A stretch of DNA of 64,000 bases from Ruditapes philippinarum (lineage: Eukaryota): assembly GCF_026571515.1 (NCBI RefSeq), contig NW_026859558.1, forward strand, positions 372,001-436,000, written 5' to 3'. Shown here in pieces: positions 1 to 12,611 of the stretch. Every line of letters starts with the position of its first letter. The stretch's first letter is position 1. The notes below the pieces were generated by a model. That model was not told the origin of the DNA. It saw only the letters and a list, made by a program, of their open reading frames with translations, and searched no databases. The position numbers and the translations under genes are program-made.

Positions 1-939
1 TAGTCATATTAGCTAAATCTCTTTGCTCGCCACTATATTAGTAGACTGTACAATTAAATCCCTACAAGTCATTGCAATATTAACTATTTACATATCATCA
101 TTAGATGTTATTATTATTATACGAATGCAAAATGCTGAATAACATGCTTAAATAATAAAAAAATCATTTTCTGCACTTGCGTTAAATTGTTTTAAATTTT
201 TCATTGTAAGAAACTAATGCCTTTTTGTTAACATTTTTTTTTTAAATTTTCATTTCCAAACATTACTGTTCTCGAGCATTTATTTAAAAGTGTTTGCATT
301 TAAGAAAAGAGAAACTTGTTTCTGTGTAAAGCATCATACTTCAATTATAAGCGGTAGTTTTTTCATCCTTGGACTGCTGATTTTCTTCCTCAGTTTAATT
401 TGGATTTGTTCGTTAGTTATTTAGCCTGAAAATGTCACGTCAGGAAAGGATGGAAGTTATTAAGACATCATATTTTGACGTCATTCACCACATGACAATT
501 ATTAAATTATCGCGTTCACCATATGCATATTGCTAAATTCAGCCTATTTTCTAGTACGAAAATAACTAGTCAATAAATATTTCTGAAGATCTGGATAAGA
601 ACAAGTTGTTACCAAAATGAACAATGCATATATCTACAGAAACTATTTCAAATGTATCTGGAACGTCGGAGGCTGATCGTACCTGAAAATCTTGAAATTC
701 GTTATAGGACCTATACTCCAAAAGAAGTCTTGTTGTCATATGGTTACAGTTTTATAATGTAACTTTAATTACATTAAATGTTAAATGTTTGATCATTTTG
801 AATGATTTGATCTTGATGAATCATCGGGAAAACTTAATGTATACCCTCTGGAATGATTTTCCTTATAAAATAGTCATTGTATCTCGAAAATACCAAATGT
901 GTTGCATTATATCAAGAATAAAAAACGAAAATGTATGTT

Positions 940-1460
940 TAAGGGCACAGTTACACAGACGGTCGGTCCCCAATCGGTCATTTAATTTTAAACTCGCTGT
1001 TATGATCGGTTGTCATGCGTGATTTTATTTCTGGTTTTCTGTGTAAACGGCCATCGGTGACAGAAAGCAAACTCAAACGAGAATTGGTCGATGATTAAAT
1101 GCTGAAATACTTTTGGTTTTTATCGTTTGTAAATCGGAGCTAAATCGGGCGTAGCGCTGATTAATCGGTGTTTGATAGCTAGTCATCAGTGGTTAAACAC
1201 TTTCCGTCAGATATAACCGGTGATTCATATTTGGTTATCTTTGTCCGATCGGCGATATCGGTGATTAAGAGCCTGCATATCTCGTGATATAGTTTGCTGT
1301 CGGTTATTTTTAAAATATTTTCACCGATCGAGAATTATAAACGTGTTTAAAAATCCCAATCGGTAATTTTTCACCGATGAAACTTATCTTTCCCAAATAG
1401 CAGTTGATAGGTGTTAAACAGGTGACCAATATGTGATACGTTGTCATCAGTTCACTCCAT
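940..1460. mobile_element. Fragment of a non-autonomous DNA transposon (Harbinger-like left end)
   Basis: Abrupt shift to CpG-richer sequence beginning TAA-GGGCACAGTTACAC, with repeated ATCGG/CCGAT motifs. No matching right end found. Confidence 0.4.
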
Positions 1461-2881
1461 AATTTGGCTATAATGGATATTCAAAATAACCTTATGGTAC
1501 AATCTAAAACTGTCACATTATTATACAAATAAAATTTCAGTTTAGTCATATTTCATATGTAAACAATGTTGTTTCTATTGGAAAAATGCCTTTTTCTATA
1601 TTATTTAATATACGAGACTCCTGTCATAAGTCAATCCTATTATTGGACAGGCGTGGGTGTTATGTGAATCTTTCCATTATTTGTCCGTTAAAATCAAGTA
1701 TAGTTTAACCTGATTACCTAATATTTGTATGAAAAAGAAAATCAGTGTTGTTCGCATTGAGAAAAAATAGCTTTGTTTTCTATATAATTTGATCTACGAT
1801 ACTCGTGTAAAAAGTCATTCTATTTATAGACGAAAGGCGTGGGTGTTATGTAAAGCTTTCAAATACCGTTAAAATTAAGTACAGTGTTTGATTGATTTTC
1901 TTAATTATTTGCATCTTAGTCTGTTCTTTCAGAAAAGTAAATTAATTTACATACTTCTTCAAAGAATGAGCATCTTAAATTGAAAATTAGCCAGACAAAT
2001 GTCAATTTTACCAGACAAACAGTGAAACTTTTATAGACCTAACCTTCACTTCTCGACATTTTAAACTGTAAATATTATATAAATAACAACCTTGAAAATT
2101 GCTTTTCCAAATGGCATTGGTCTCTTTATACAATATCACACTGTTTTATTACTTGAACTTTGTCTGGTGAGGTATAAGAAACAGTTGAGATCTGTAGATA
2201 GTAAGTAAATCAGATTATATATCAGCGGTTCAGCGGCATGCATTTTGTCGTGTTTATTCTTATAACCAAAGACACTTGTAAGAGTACATATATACTACTT
2301 TCACTTTACGTTGTTTTATCATTCGCCAATGTTAGAAAACTTTATTTTACAAAAGGAACTTTATATGCACACACCATAAAAAATGTTTAAATATGCATTT
2401 TTCTTAATATCAAATCAATATTTATACAAATAATCTATAAAACAAATTTGCACTTGTAAATAATTAGATTTATATCATTCTTCATTTTATTTCTTCCATA
2501 TCTTTTAAAATACATTATCACAATTAAAAGCGTTCAAATCCTAATTATTATAATGATCACCTTTTTTAACATAGGGAAACAGCGTTTATGAGATCTTAAT
2601 GAAAACATTATTATAATATTGGTTACATCTGTTAATTGAAATGAAAATTCCATTTCGACTTTTCAGTTAATTACACGTATCGTTTATTTCTATACTGGAA
2701 ATATGCCCTATATATCATTTGCATACAAATGCCCCTTCGTTAGATTTTGATTTTCTTTAAATATATAAAAGATTATGTCTTCTTCGAATCAACTTATGTT
2801 TTTCAAAAACCAATACGTGTAGCGTGAACTGCTTCGGTATCTTCAAAGTGGAAGAAGAATTGTAGTAATATGAAAGATTAA

Positions 2882-3178
2882 AGGAATTCCACTGAGGTCC
2901 AAAAACCTTAAAACGTGAATGATAATTTTCTTATGTAAACATCCGGAGAACTTACACAGAAATGAATGCAAGTAGTAAAAACATAGCAACGCTTTTCAAT
3001 TGCGTGTGTTTTTTACAATTAGAATAGCTAATCTGAAAAAAATGAAGTGACCGAATGATCTGCAATTTTGCACACAAGTTATTTTTCTAAACCTACGTTA
3101 AATGATCCATTAATCTATTACTCTTAGACAATTATTTCAAGTTCCGTCATGTGAAAAAAAAACGTCAGTGGAGCACCT
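2882..3178. mobile_element. Kolobok-like MITE family 1 (degenerate copy; remnant also in unit B at about 11215-11430)
   Basis: TTAA-AGGAATTCCACTGA ... TCAGTGGAGCACCT. Reverse-complement homology to 23887-24230. Confidence 0.7.
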
Positions 3179-3792
3179 TTCCTCTGCTATAATTTGTAAT
3201 GGTATCATGTGCAGTAACAATCTAATACATGACACATAATCAATTAAAACATGTAAGCTGATATACTTAGACAAATGCTGCAAAAAGATACTTATACTCT
3301 AGGATAATATTGATATGTGATGGTTGCTTCTTAATAATACTGTTTATCTTTTTTTTATGTAAGCGGATCAATTATTTTCCACCATTGATTTAATTAACAG
3401 CCTTTTTAGTTTTTTATTTGTGAAACTTTAACCCTGATATTTGTTGGAGGCGTTTGTATTAGCTTAAATGTCAGTCCGCTTTTCTATATGAGAAAATAGT
3501 AATACTGTTTGTGCAAGTAATTGAATTTGCAAGGATTGAATTGGCAAGGATATCATATTTTCATAAAGTAATTAAATCAAATATGAATGCACCTTACTTG
3601 TAGATTGCTTACTTGATAAGTGTTCATCAAAGATATAATAGATTTGAGCGGAACACTGTTGCTTTCATGGTAATTATTTAATGATGAGAAACCATTGGAA
3701 ACACATGCTTGTGAAAATGTATCTGATTTAAAAGCTTGAGATACCTTGTTACTATAATTGTAAATAAATAATAAACATGACTGGAACTTTAA

Positions 3793-4112
3793 AGGAGCAT
3801 GACTTCAAATAAATGCTAATTTTCATGAAATTTTGAAAATGAATTTAAAGTGAAATATTGTAAATGAATTAACACACTGCAATCGGCGCTTAAAATCCAC
3901 GAGAATACTAGCAAAAAGAGGTTAAAATATCTAAAAATAGCCCTAACTGCGATAGTAACGCAGTAGAAATATGGTGATTAGAAACATTATTCGCAAATTA
4001 TATATCAATTATTGCTTGAGTTTTGATTGTTCTATTCTTATTAAAATCTTAGTACAATTTATTCAAGTTTAATTTTCTTGAAATATTTTGTCTGATATGG
4101 AGGCATGGAGCT
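3793..4112. mobile_element. Kolobok-like MITE family 2 (TTAA TSD)
   Basis: Degenerate TIRs AGGAGCATGACTTCAAAT / ATATGGAGGCATGGAGCT. The paralogous site in unit B (about 11935-11950) is empty with a single TTAA. Related ends (ATCTGGAGGCGTGCA) occur near 5090, 8690, 23130 and 25078. Confidence 0.78.
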
Positions 4113-4789
4113 TTCAGGATAAAGAATGAAACAAAAAAACCGCAAAACACAAAACAAAATAAATTACAAAAATGTCCGTTATAAAATGTTTTCATGTTAT
4201 TATACAATATAACTAAACGCAGAAAAAAACTGTTTAAAACATATTCCAATGATTTTGCAGTTTCGGGGACAGTAACTTATGCGTTTAAGTAATTCTTTCT
4301 TTCAGCATATCTAATATATATTTCACTATCATTACCAAATTTTCTTGTACTTTGTTCACTTAAGCTGAAACATACGTATTTAATTATGTAAGAATAACCA
4401 TGATTTAATTTTTGCCAATATTTTTTTTAAAATAATTTAATGATGAAATAAATTCATTACAATTTCATTCAAGGGCGGACTTAAATAGACAGTTGCTTTA
4501 TATAGAAAATCGTAAAACAAAAATGAAAAAAGGAGGAATGCAAAGGTCATATTTTAAGAAGATAATCGAAAACCTTTTAGAGAAACATGCATTTTATTTG
4601 CGGTTTACAATCAAGGTTATTTGAAGAACAACCGTGACAAAGTTGTTATTACCTCGAGTTCCAAATCTATAATCATTAAGTTATTCAATTAAGTTTGAAT
4701 GAGTTTTACATGAACTAGATATTCTGATTTTCTTTCCTTGAAATTAAAGAAATACTGTTGTTGTTGTTGTTGTTGTTTTTAATCCTGAA

Positions 4790-5105
4790 AAAACGTAAAA
4801 AAATTGTATAAGTATTTAACAGTGTAATATTGTAAAGTTACCAAAGAAATGCAATTTACACATTATCAATAGCACTTTAAGCCAATGTAAATTACTATAA
4901 AGAGGTCAACATATGCAAAATAGCCCTGACTGCGGTATTAACGCAGTAGTTATACATACTGACAAAGTCGGTCATTAATCGCACATAACATGTCAATTTT
5001 TACAAGAATTTTTAATCTTTTTAACTTTCCAAAAAATCTTTGTACATTTTTTCTCAGGTTTGATTTTATCGAAATATATTTGTTCATCTGGAGGCGTGCA
5101 TTTTT
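4790..5105. mobile_element. Kolobok-like MITE family 2, second copy (partial)
   Basis: Shares AAATAGCCCT.ACTGCG.TA.TAACGCAGTAG with 3793-4112 and ends TCATCTGGAGGCGTGCATTTTTAA. Confidence 0.65.
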
Positions 5106-6595
5106 AAAAAAACTTTTATTAATAAATAGTATTAAGAAAAACAAAATATTTTAGCCAAGTAAATGATTTTCTGAAGGTCAAGGTGATAATTTCATCCTTA
5201 AGACAAACATTTGTATCAAAGACTGGCAGTTCGGAGTCATTTGATTTTTGTTCTGCTTCCAGATGATATTCTAAACACAAGTTAATATTTTCTGACAATT
5301 TTACTAATGAATTTATATTTGAAACTAAAAGAGTGTTTAAAATGAACGTAAAACGTTTATTCATGAATAAACAATTACGTTTCTATTTTAAATGTTTCGT
5401 AGAGAGGTTTTGGCTTTTGCATGAATTACGGGCATATGCTAATTTTCTGTTAAATCAGGTTTATTATACAATTAGAGCTTTATCTTTTATAATTACTTTA
5501 ATGGATATATAAAATCAAACTCCAATAAGACTGCAAACTTGTAGTGCATTGTCGTAATATTTCCAATTTAATACTCAAATCACTAGTACAAGTAATCATT
5601 ATCTAACACTAATACATCATGACCAGAAAATTCGAGACCAGCTTTCTATCTTTCTTTCTTTGCAATAAGTTGCCAGAATTATTTCTTTATACACAACTAA
5701 TTGCGTAATCAAATATTTTATTGGCCTTCTATACATAATTCATAAAATATTTTCCTAGGGGTCATATGGTTGTGGAAAAAAGAAAACAACCTGAATACAT
5801 TATTTGAGAATATTTGTACCACATTTACTTATTTATTCTAGTTAACTACCATTAAAAGGTAAGTAAAATAAAAAGCTCGTGTCTGTTTATTTTTGTGAAA
5901 TACTGCAATTACACCATGCCAAAGTCATAAGCAAAGTTATTCAAACATAGTCTTTAAACTTAACTTACTTGTTGTTTAATTGTCTTTATGGAAATTGAAT
6001 ATCTGTTTGCATCAAGTAGCGTGTTTTCCAGGGATTTTATATTTCTGAACTTCTCATTCTTGTGCGTTAGATAATTTGTTGATATTGACAAATGTTTGAA
6101 ATATTTTATAGCTTTTATATATTTGATAAAAATTTACATACTTACATAAGTAAGCAGTTACTTTCTATTTTTATTTTTTCAATGCTCCGTTTTTTCAACA
6201 CGTTATTAACACGTGTATCTTCTTGTGTATCAGCAAACGATTTAAACAATAAAAAAGACTCTTATAATGTATATTTCCATTGATAGTTTTTATATTTTTC
6301 AAAGCAATATCAGTGCCAGCATCTTATGAATAAGGTTATGAAAATAATAGATGTGCAACAAACAACAAACTCAAAAACAAAACAACCAAACAAAAAGCAA
6401 CATGAAAAAGCCAAATACCAATGTAATGCAATATAATGAAATAGCATCATACAATAGCTTTTGGTTATGCGATACGTCTATTATTATAGAGGGTCATGTC
6501 AACGCTTAAATCGCTTTATTTATCAGAAAAGCGCAACTTATAGCGTGTATCGCTTCAATATTTAAAACGGGCAACATCGACAATTGTTTAAAAAG

Positions 6596-6849
6596 GCTTC
6601 CTCTCGGGTCGATATCTTTCATGTGAGGAAGCCATCCAGCTGGCTTATGGAAGGTCGGCGGTTCTACCCAGGTGCCCGCTCGTGCCTGATATAATGCCCG
6701 GAGGGGCACCTGGGGTCTTCCTCCAACAATAAAGCTGGAAAAAAAATCGATGAAAAATCTAGGCGGGACGCTCTAGGATGACCCAACTTGAGTGTACGGT
6801 CGCCCATATGGGCTTTCCGGCGGCGACCTTTAATAAACGCATTAAATAA
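6596..6849 (+). mobile_element. 5'-truncated SINE with a Meta/MESC-like central domain and a 14-bp TSD
   Basis: TSD AATTGTTTAAAAAG (6582-6595) / AATGGTTTAAAAAG (6850-6863). Absent in unit B (about 22545). Core TCATGTGAGGAAGCCATCCAGCTGGCTTA...GGAGGGGCACCTGGGGTCTTCCTCC. The family name is from recall, not alignment. Confidence 0.8.
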
Positions 6850-8427
6850 AATGGTTTAAAAAGAAATAACAGTATAAAATTTGTGCAGTTCAAAAGAATC
6901 TAGTTAGCATGTCGAACATCAACTCTAGTATTTGCAAAGGCAAACATGCCAAATTGACCTACATCTGTTATATTTGAGATGTTTGGGTATGAAAACTAAA
7001 ATAAGGCAATGGAAGGATACCGGTCTTAAAATGTAAAAAAAACATGAAATGAATGTATTTGATTTAACATGCTTCTCTTGATATTTTTTTCATAATTATT
7101 GAATGATTCATTAGGATAAATAGCATAATAGATGGTCACAATGAAAAACTATTTTATGAATGACTATTACGATAGCAAAACTGCTTTATAAGTTACCTTT
7201 ATACACCATAATGATTGTGATTATTATACATTTTACATAAAAAGTTGTTTGAACTTTAAATTAACAGGCAAAATTTCAGATTTTGGTTAAAAACCTCAAT
7301 GAAAGAGTTCAAGCAGTTGTTTTTGAAACAGGTTATTTCCATCGTTGGTTGGTTAGCTAATGCAAATGGCATCACATTATATCGAAAGCTTTTCCATTCC
7401 TATGATTAAAAGTTATATCTATAGTTATACATGTATGACATTGAAAACAAAAACTGTCATACATTGAAGGATGGCTATATGATACTTAACTTGGAAACAC
7501 TGAAATATAAGGCAACGGCTTAAAGACACTTGCTAATTTAGATTGTATGAATGCAAAATTATTTTGTTGTTTTTTTAATGAAATTTTTTTTTATTTGTTC
7601 TGAAAATGAGTATATTATAATCCACTGTTCAAATGTGGATTATGGTCATATATTTATCCAAACCAGCAAGAAGAAGGGCAGTAACATATTAAGTTTATTA
7701 CGCCAATTAACAACATGATATATATCCAATGACTGTTTAATGAACTTCGTTAGCCATATCTGACGACTTCACTGTACGAAATAAACAGATAATTGTTGAT
7801 TTTAACTCAGTACATTTTTGCGGACTTTAAGGTTCAAAAAGGCATAGTTCAAAATCTTCATACGTGCAATATCACACATAGATTGTACCTATTTACTAAT
7901 ACACTATGTAAGAAGGTTCTTTTATTCGTCATTTATACTATCTGACACAGAGCGTTAATTCTTTGAGAATGATTGAGATCAAAATTATGTTTGATTTTGT
8001 TGGCGGTGCTTACTGTTTATGTGTAGAAGCTTGATTGGGTCTGTTCATGTACTATTCTACACACCCCAATCATAGTCTTAAGCGGTGTTTTATGTTTACG
8101 AATCAATACCAAAAAGTACGATTTAAATATATTAATACAGTGATGAGACGGGGCATAAAATACATAGATAGTATAACATGGTAACGAAACATTATGCAAT
8201 ATATAGATATAAATATTTAAAAAAAATAGTTGAATAAAATTAATTCAAATTAACAGATGCTTTATATGTCATGTGGCTAGTGGGAGGGGCTTGGGGCAAA
8301 AATGAAAACCGAATTAAGATCTAACAAAGTTTGTTTTTCACAAATAATGCATAACAAAAAGAAAATGAAGGGTTGACCTTGTGTCAGGAGAGAAGGCAAT
8401 TATTTTTTAAGTAAACATTGTGTTTTA

Positions 8428-8541
8428 AGTTTGTCTGATAAACGTGTACTGTTTACAAATAGTGTTTTATTTTAATTGATTGACAGAATTGAACAAGAAA
8501 AAAACACTATTTGTAGACAGTACACGTTTATCAGACAAACT
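8428..8541. repeat. Near-perfect inverted repeat (about 41-bp arms)
   Basis: AGTTTGTCTGATAAACGTGTACTGTTTACAAATAGTGTTTT versus AAAACACTATTTGTAGACAGTACACGTTTATCAGACAAACT (one mismatch). Confidence 0.9.
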
Positions 8542-11500
8542 ATCTCTAATTTTGAAAAAAAATTATTCAACAATGCTTGTATAAAAGAGATATATTTGAT
8601 TTGCATATAATACGTTAATCGTCAATTGAATCTGGTTACTTTTCTAAGAATCTTAGTACATTTTTCTTGAAGTATTTTGATTCATCCGGAGGCGTGCAGC
8701 TTTAAGCGAGATAAGATAAACATATTATTATTTTCTTTCATGTTGATTAACAGTTGATTTAAAACATAAATAATACGATGAATTGCAACTATTAGAAACA
8801 GATGCTAGGTAAAAATGCGTGAGGTGTAAGAGATGTTTATAAAATGTTATAAAAACGTTTTGTAATTGTTTTAATACCATAAGCAACAATTACATGAATA
8901 AATAAAATACATGAGATTTGAAAGACGAAATTGTGATAAGAATAATACTATTGTTTACACAAAAAAATTCATTACAAAACTTGCTGTCATTTGATTATAA
9001 CCCTATCAAATTAAGTAAAATTTAACACAAGGTATAAACAATTTATGTATTTCAAAAATGTTCCAAAGATTTGGTCCGATTTTGAAAATCACAAAAGCAA
9101 CCAGGACACATGTTTGAATTGTTACCAGGCGGCAGTAAACAATTTGTTCTTTAACCTGAATTAAATATTAATTGAATTTAGAGCAAATATTTAGCCAGGT
9201 AAGCTTACGCTGATTAAAGATAAATGATAAGAAACAAGGAAATCAATTACTATAAAAAGGCTTTGAAATATTGACATCGCTTAATAATATTGAAAAGAAG
9301 TCATGCAGTAAAGCAGGAAAGTAAAAGTGTTATGTCACGTAGTAACTAATAATCAAACTCCATGTTAAGATAATTTACATTGACATTTAGGTAATTAAAC
9401 ACAGTAGCAAATCATTTATAAAAGGTTTCGATCACAACAAACATGGCAAAGATAAAAAACTGGTTATTTATAACATGATTTCATTGTTATACACTAATGA
9501 TCATAAAAAACGAATATGCTTGGAAATTCTAAATGTTTTATCTTATTCATAACATAATATATTGTAAATGACAATAAATAATATGAACACGTAAAAGCAA
9601 TAATTATATTATTCATTTTATTGTTGATTCCTGCAAACGAATTTTCATCAAATAATCTTTTCGGTACACAATTTTATATTTTTATTACTTATTTTGGTTT
9701 TCATATTCTATTATTCTCCTAAAGCACATAAGTGCTATTTGTTTAAGGTACTCAATCATATTTAATGAATTGTTTTCGTTTGAGAAAGAAAGATAACCTA
9801 TTAACAAACACACTTTGATTATTATTAAAAAATTCAATTTACTTTTTGTTGAAAATCGTTAGCAAAAAATCGCTTTTTATTATCATTATTATTATGTTGT
9901 TGTCTTTTCTATTTTTATCTATCTACTTATTTCGTTCTTCTTTTTCCGGGTGGGGAGAAGGTAATATAAGACAAGTTTATCTCATAAAAAGAACCAAAAG
10001 CCTCGGTATATGAATCCTAGGGGAGGGATCGGTCACAATTCATTAACTTTTAATCTACGATATTGGTTATGAAGATCCTACGTTGATTGCTGCAAGATAT
10101 GAAAACAAAGATAGTCAAAGAAGAGCCTTTTCTTGTTGATCTTGCTTACCATATTCTATCAACAAACACATGCTACAACAAAATTCAGCAACATATCACC
10201 AAAGTCTTGTGTACGGCAAAATTACATCGAGATTAAAACAAAATACTCATAGCTCTAGCTGCAATTACACTGGCCATAGCTTTAACAGAGCTTTTTTGTT
10301 ATTGTTTTGTTTCGTGTTCATTTTTTTTTTCTCTGATCAAATTGATAAATGCTTAACTTTTAATTAAAAATAAGGAGAGGTTTCATCAAAACATTTGACA
10401 TTTGACCAAATGAACATATTTTCGAATCTCAAAAAATGCTTTATGTAATTTACGTGTTACTAAAATGTCCATTCAAACTTAGTAAACAATGATTTTGACT
10501 CAAAGAGGAGATAGCTAGATGAGATTTAAGATTTGTATTTAAAGGGTGAAAAGCTGTATCTTATAACCTTTTTTGTAAAATGTATTAAGAGATAGATTAT
10601 ACTGCTTCCATAATCTTATGATCGATTCAGAAAAAAACAGTTGTAACAAAGACAGATTAACACACATGATTCATTATTTTGTTTCATACGTTAGTTATCA
10701 ATACCTTTGATAATCATGAACAAAACGTCTGACATTGGTAAGCTGTAAGACATGGTTAATCATAACAACATGTTGTTAGATTGTGACATAAATGAACAGC
10801 AAGGGAACATTTAAACATTTATACCATTTATTCTTTTTGTTTCTTACATATATTTTTAAATACTTTATCACAATTAAAAGCGTTAACATTCTAATAATTG
10901 GGAAACATATTTTATGAGGCCTTAATTCCCTTTTTTGAAAATATGAATATAATATGATTAACATCTGTTATATGAATGAAAATTTCATTTTGACCTTTCA
11001 GTTAATTACACGTATCGTTTATTTCTATACTGGAAATATGGCCGATAAACATCTGCATAATAATGTCCCTCCGTTACATATTGATTTTGTTTAACCATAT
11101 AACAAATCATGTATTCTTCAAATGAAATTATGTTTTTCAAAAAGCAATACATGTAGCGTTAAACGCGTCGTTATCTTTAAAGTCTTAGACGGATTTTAGT
11201 AAGATGAAATTTTAAAAGAATTCCGTTGAAGCTCAAATGCCTAAAAATGTACATTTTTATTTTCTTAAGTAGACATCTGATGAACTTATACCAGAATGAT
11301 ATGCAAAAGATTGTTAAGAAACAATCACATAAAGAAATGGAAAATCTTAGTGAAAAACGATGTAACGCTTTTCAATTTTGTGTCATTTTTTACAAGAAGA
11401 ATAATTGTTCTTGTCTTATTTTCCGTCCTGTCGTGTCATTAAAACCATATCATGTGCAGTCACAATCCAATCCAATCCAATGCATGACATTTAATTATTT

Positions 11501-12150
11501 GAAACACGTCAGCTGACATACTTTATATAGATATTACCAAAATTGCTGTAAACTTATGCACTAAAATAATATTGAAATATTTAGGTTGCTTCTCAATAAT
11601 GTTATGTATCTTTTTTTTTCTTTAAAGGTATATTAATTTATTTTCAACGATTGATTTAATTGACAACCTTTGAAATTTTTTTATTTGTAAAACTGCATCC
11701 CTGCTATTAGTACGAGGGATTTGTATTAGCTTGGATGTTACTCAGCTATTCTATCTGACAAAAAATAATGCTGTTTGTGCAAGTAATTGAATTGGCAAGG
11801 ATATCATATTTTCATAAAGTAATTAAAAGCAGATGAAAGCAAATTACCTGTATCTTGCTTACTTGATAAGTATTTATAAAAATTTAAATTTATTTGTGCG
11901 GAACAGCATTGCTTCCATAGTTATAAATAGAAATGGAACTTTAATGATAAATGATAAAAAAGGATAAACAAAACAATTACAAAACTTTCCGTTACAAAAT
12001 GTTTTCATGTTATAAGAGATTATTAGACGCAGGAAAGAAAATCTATGGAAAATATTTTCCCAAGATTTTGCTGTTAAACAGCCACGTATTTCTTTCTTCT
12101 CATCAAACAAATCTAATATATAGTTCGCTATCATGACCAAATTTTCTTAA

Positions 12151-12611
12151 TCCATTACGTTATATACTCGCCTTTTAAGAGGGATGTGCCCCCCTTCTAT
12201 TTGGGGGTTTGAAGGGGGCGGAGTCCCCCTCATCGCCAAGAAAATTTTGGACTTGTGAGAGGCTATAAATGACCCCAGATTGATCATAAGGTAACGTGTA
12301 ACCAACGCTGAAAAGCATTTGACTCTATCTCAATCCATTGAGAAGTTGCAGCACTTTGAAATCAATTTTGATGGAAAAAAATCAACGCAAAATAGTGATT
12401 TTTGGCAATTTTGAGATGTCCCCTCGTTGCCATGGTAACAGAAAATTTAAGCATGAGCATGTTGTTGCAAGGGCAATGGTCCAGTCAACATTTGTGCCAA
12501 GTTTGATTATTGTTGAAGCAGTTTTTATAGTATTATAGCAATTTGAACTTGTAACGGGAGACTTTTCAATGAAAACAGCCATTTTTCACAAAATGCTCAT
12601 GAAATAATGGG
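12151..12611. mobile_element. piggyBac-like non-autonomous element (TTAA TSD)
   Basis: TTAA|TCCATTA ... TAATGGG|TTAA. Absent from the paralogous site in unit A (about 4345-4360). Confidence 0.75.

Larger units (their letters stand above)
2470..10285 (+). repeat. Segmental duplication unit A (paralogous to unit B)
   Basis: About 2470-4775 aligns collinearly with about 10815-13075, and about 5128-10285 with about 20933-26945, with many shared blocks (e.g. GTAGAGAGGTTTTGG...TTACGGGCATATGCTAATTTTCTGTTAAATC near 5400 and 21235). Confidence 0.9.

Noticed and set aside
10137-10151. 15-mer TGATCTTGCTTACCA matching unit X (48369-48383) in reverse orientation, hinting at a CaaX exon in unit A
   Set aside because: Flanks do not align convincingly, and 15-mer matches are expected by chance in 64 kb of AT-rich DNA.
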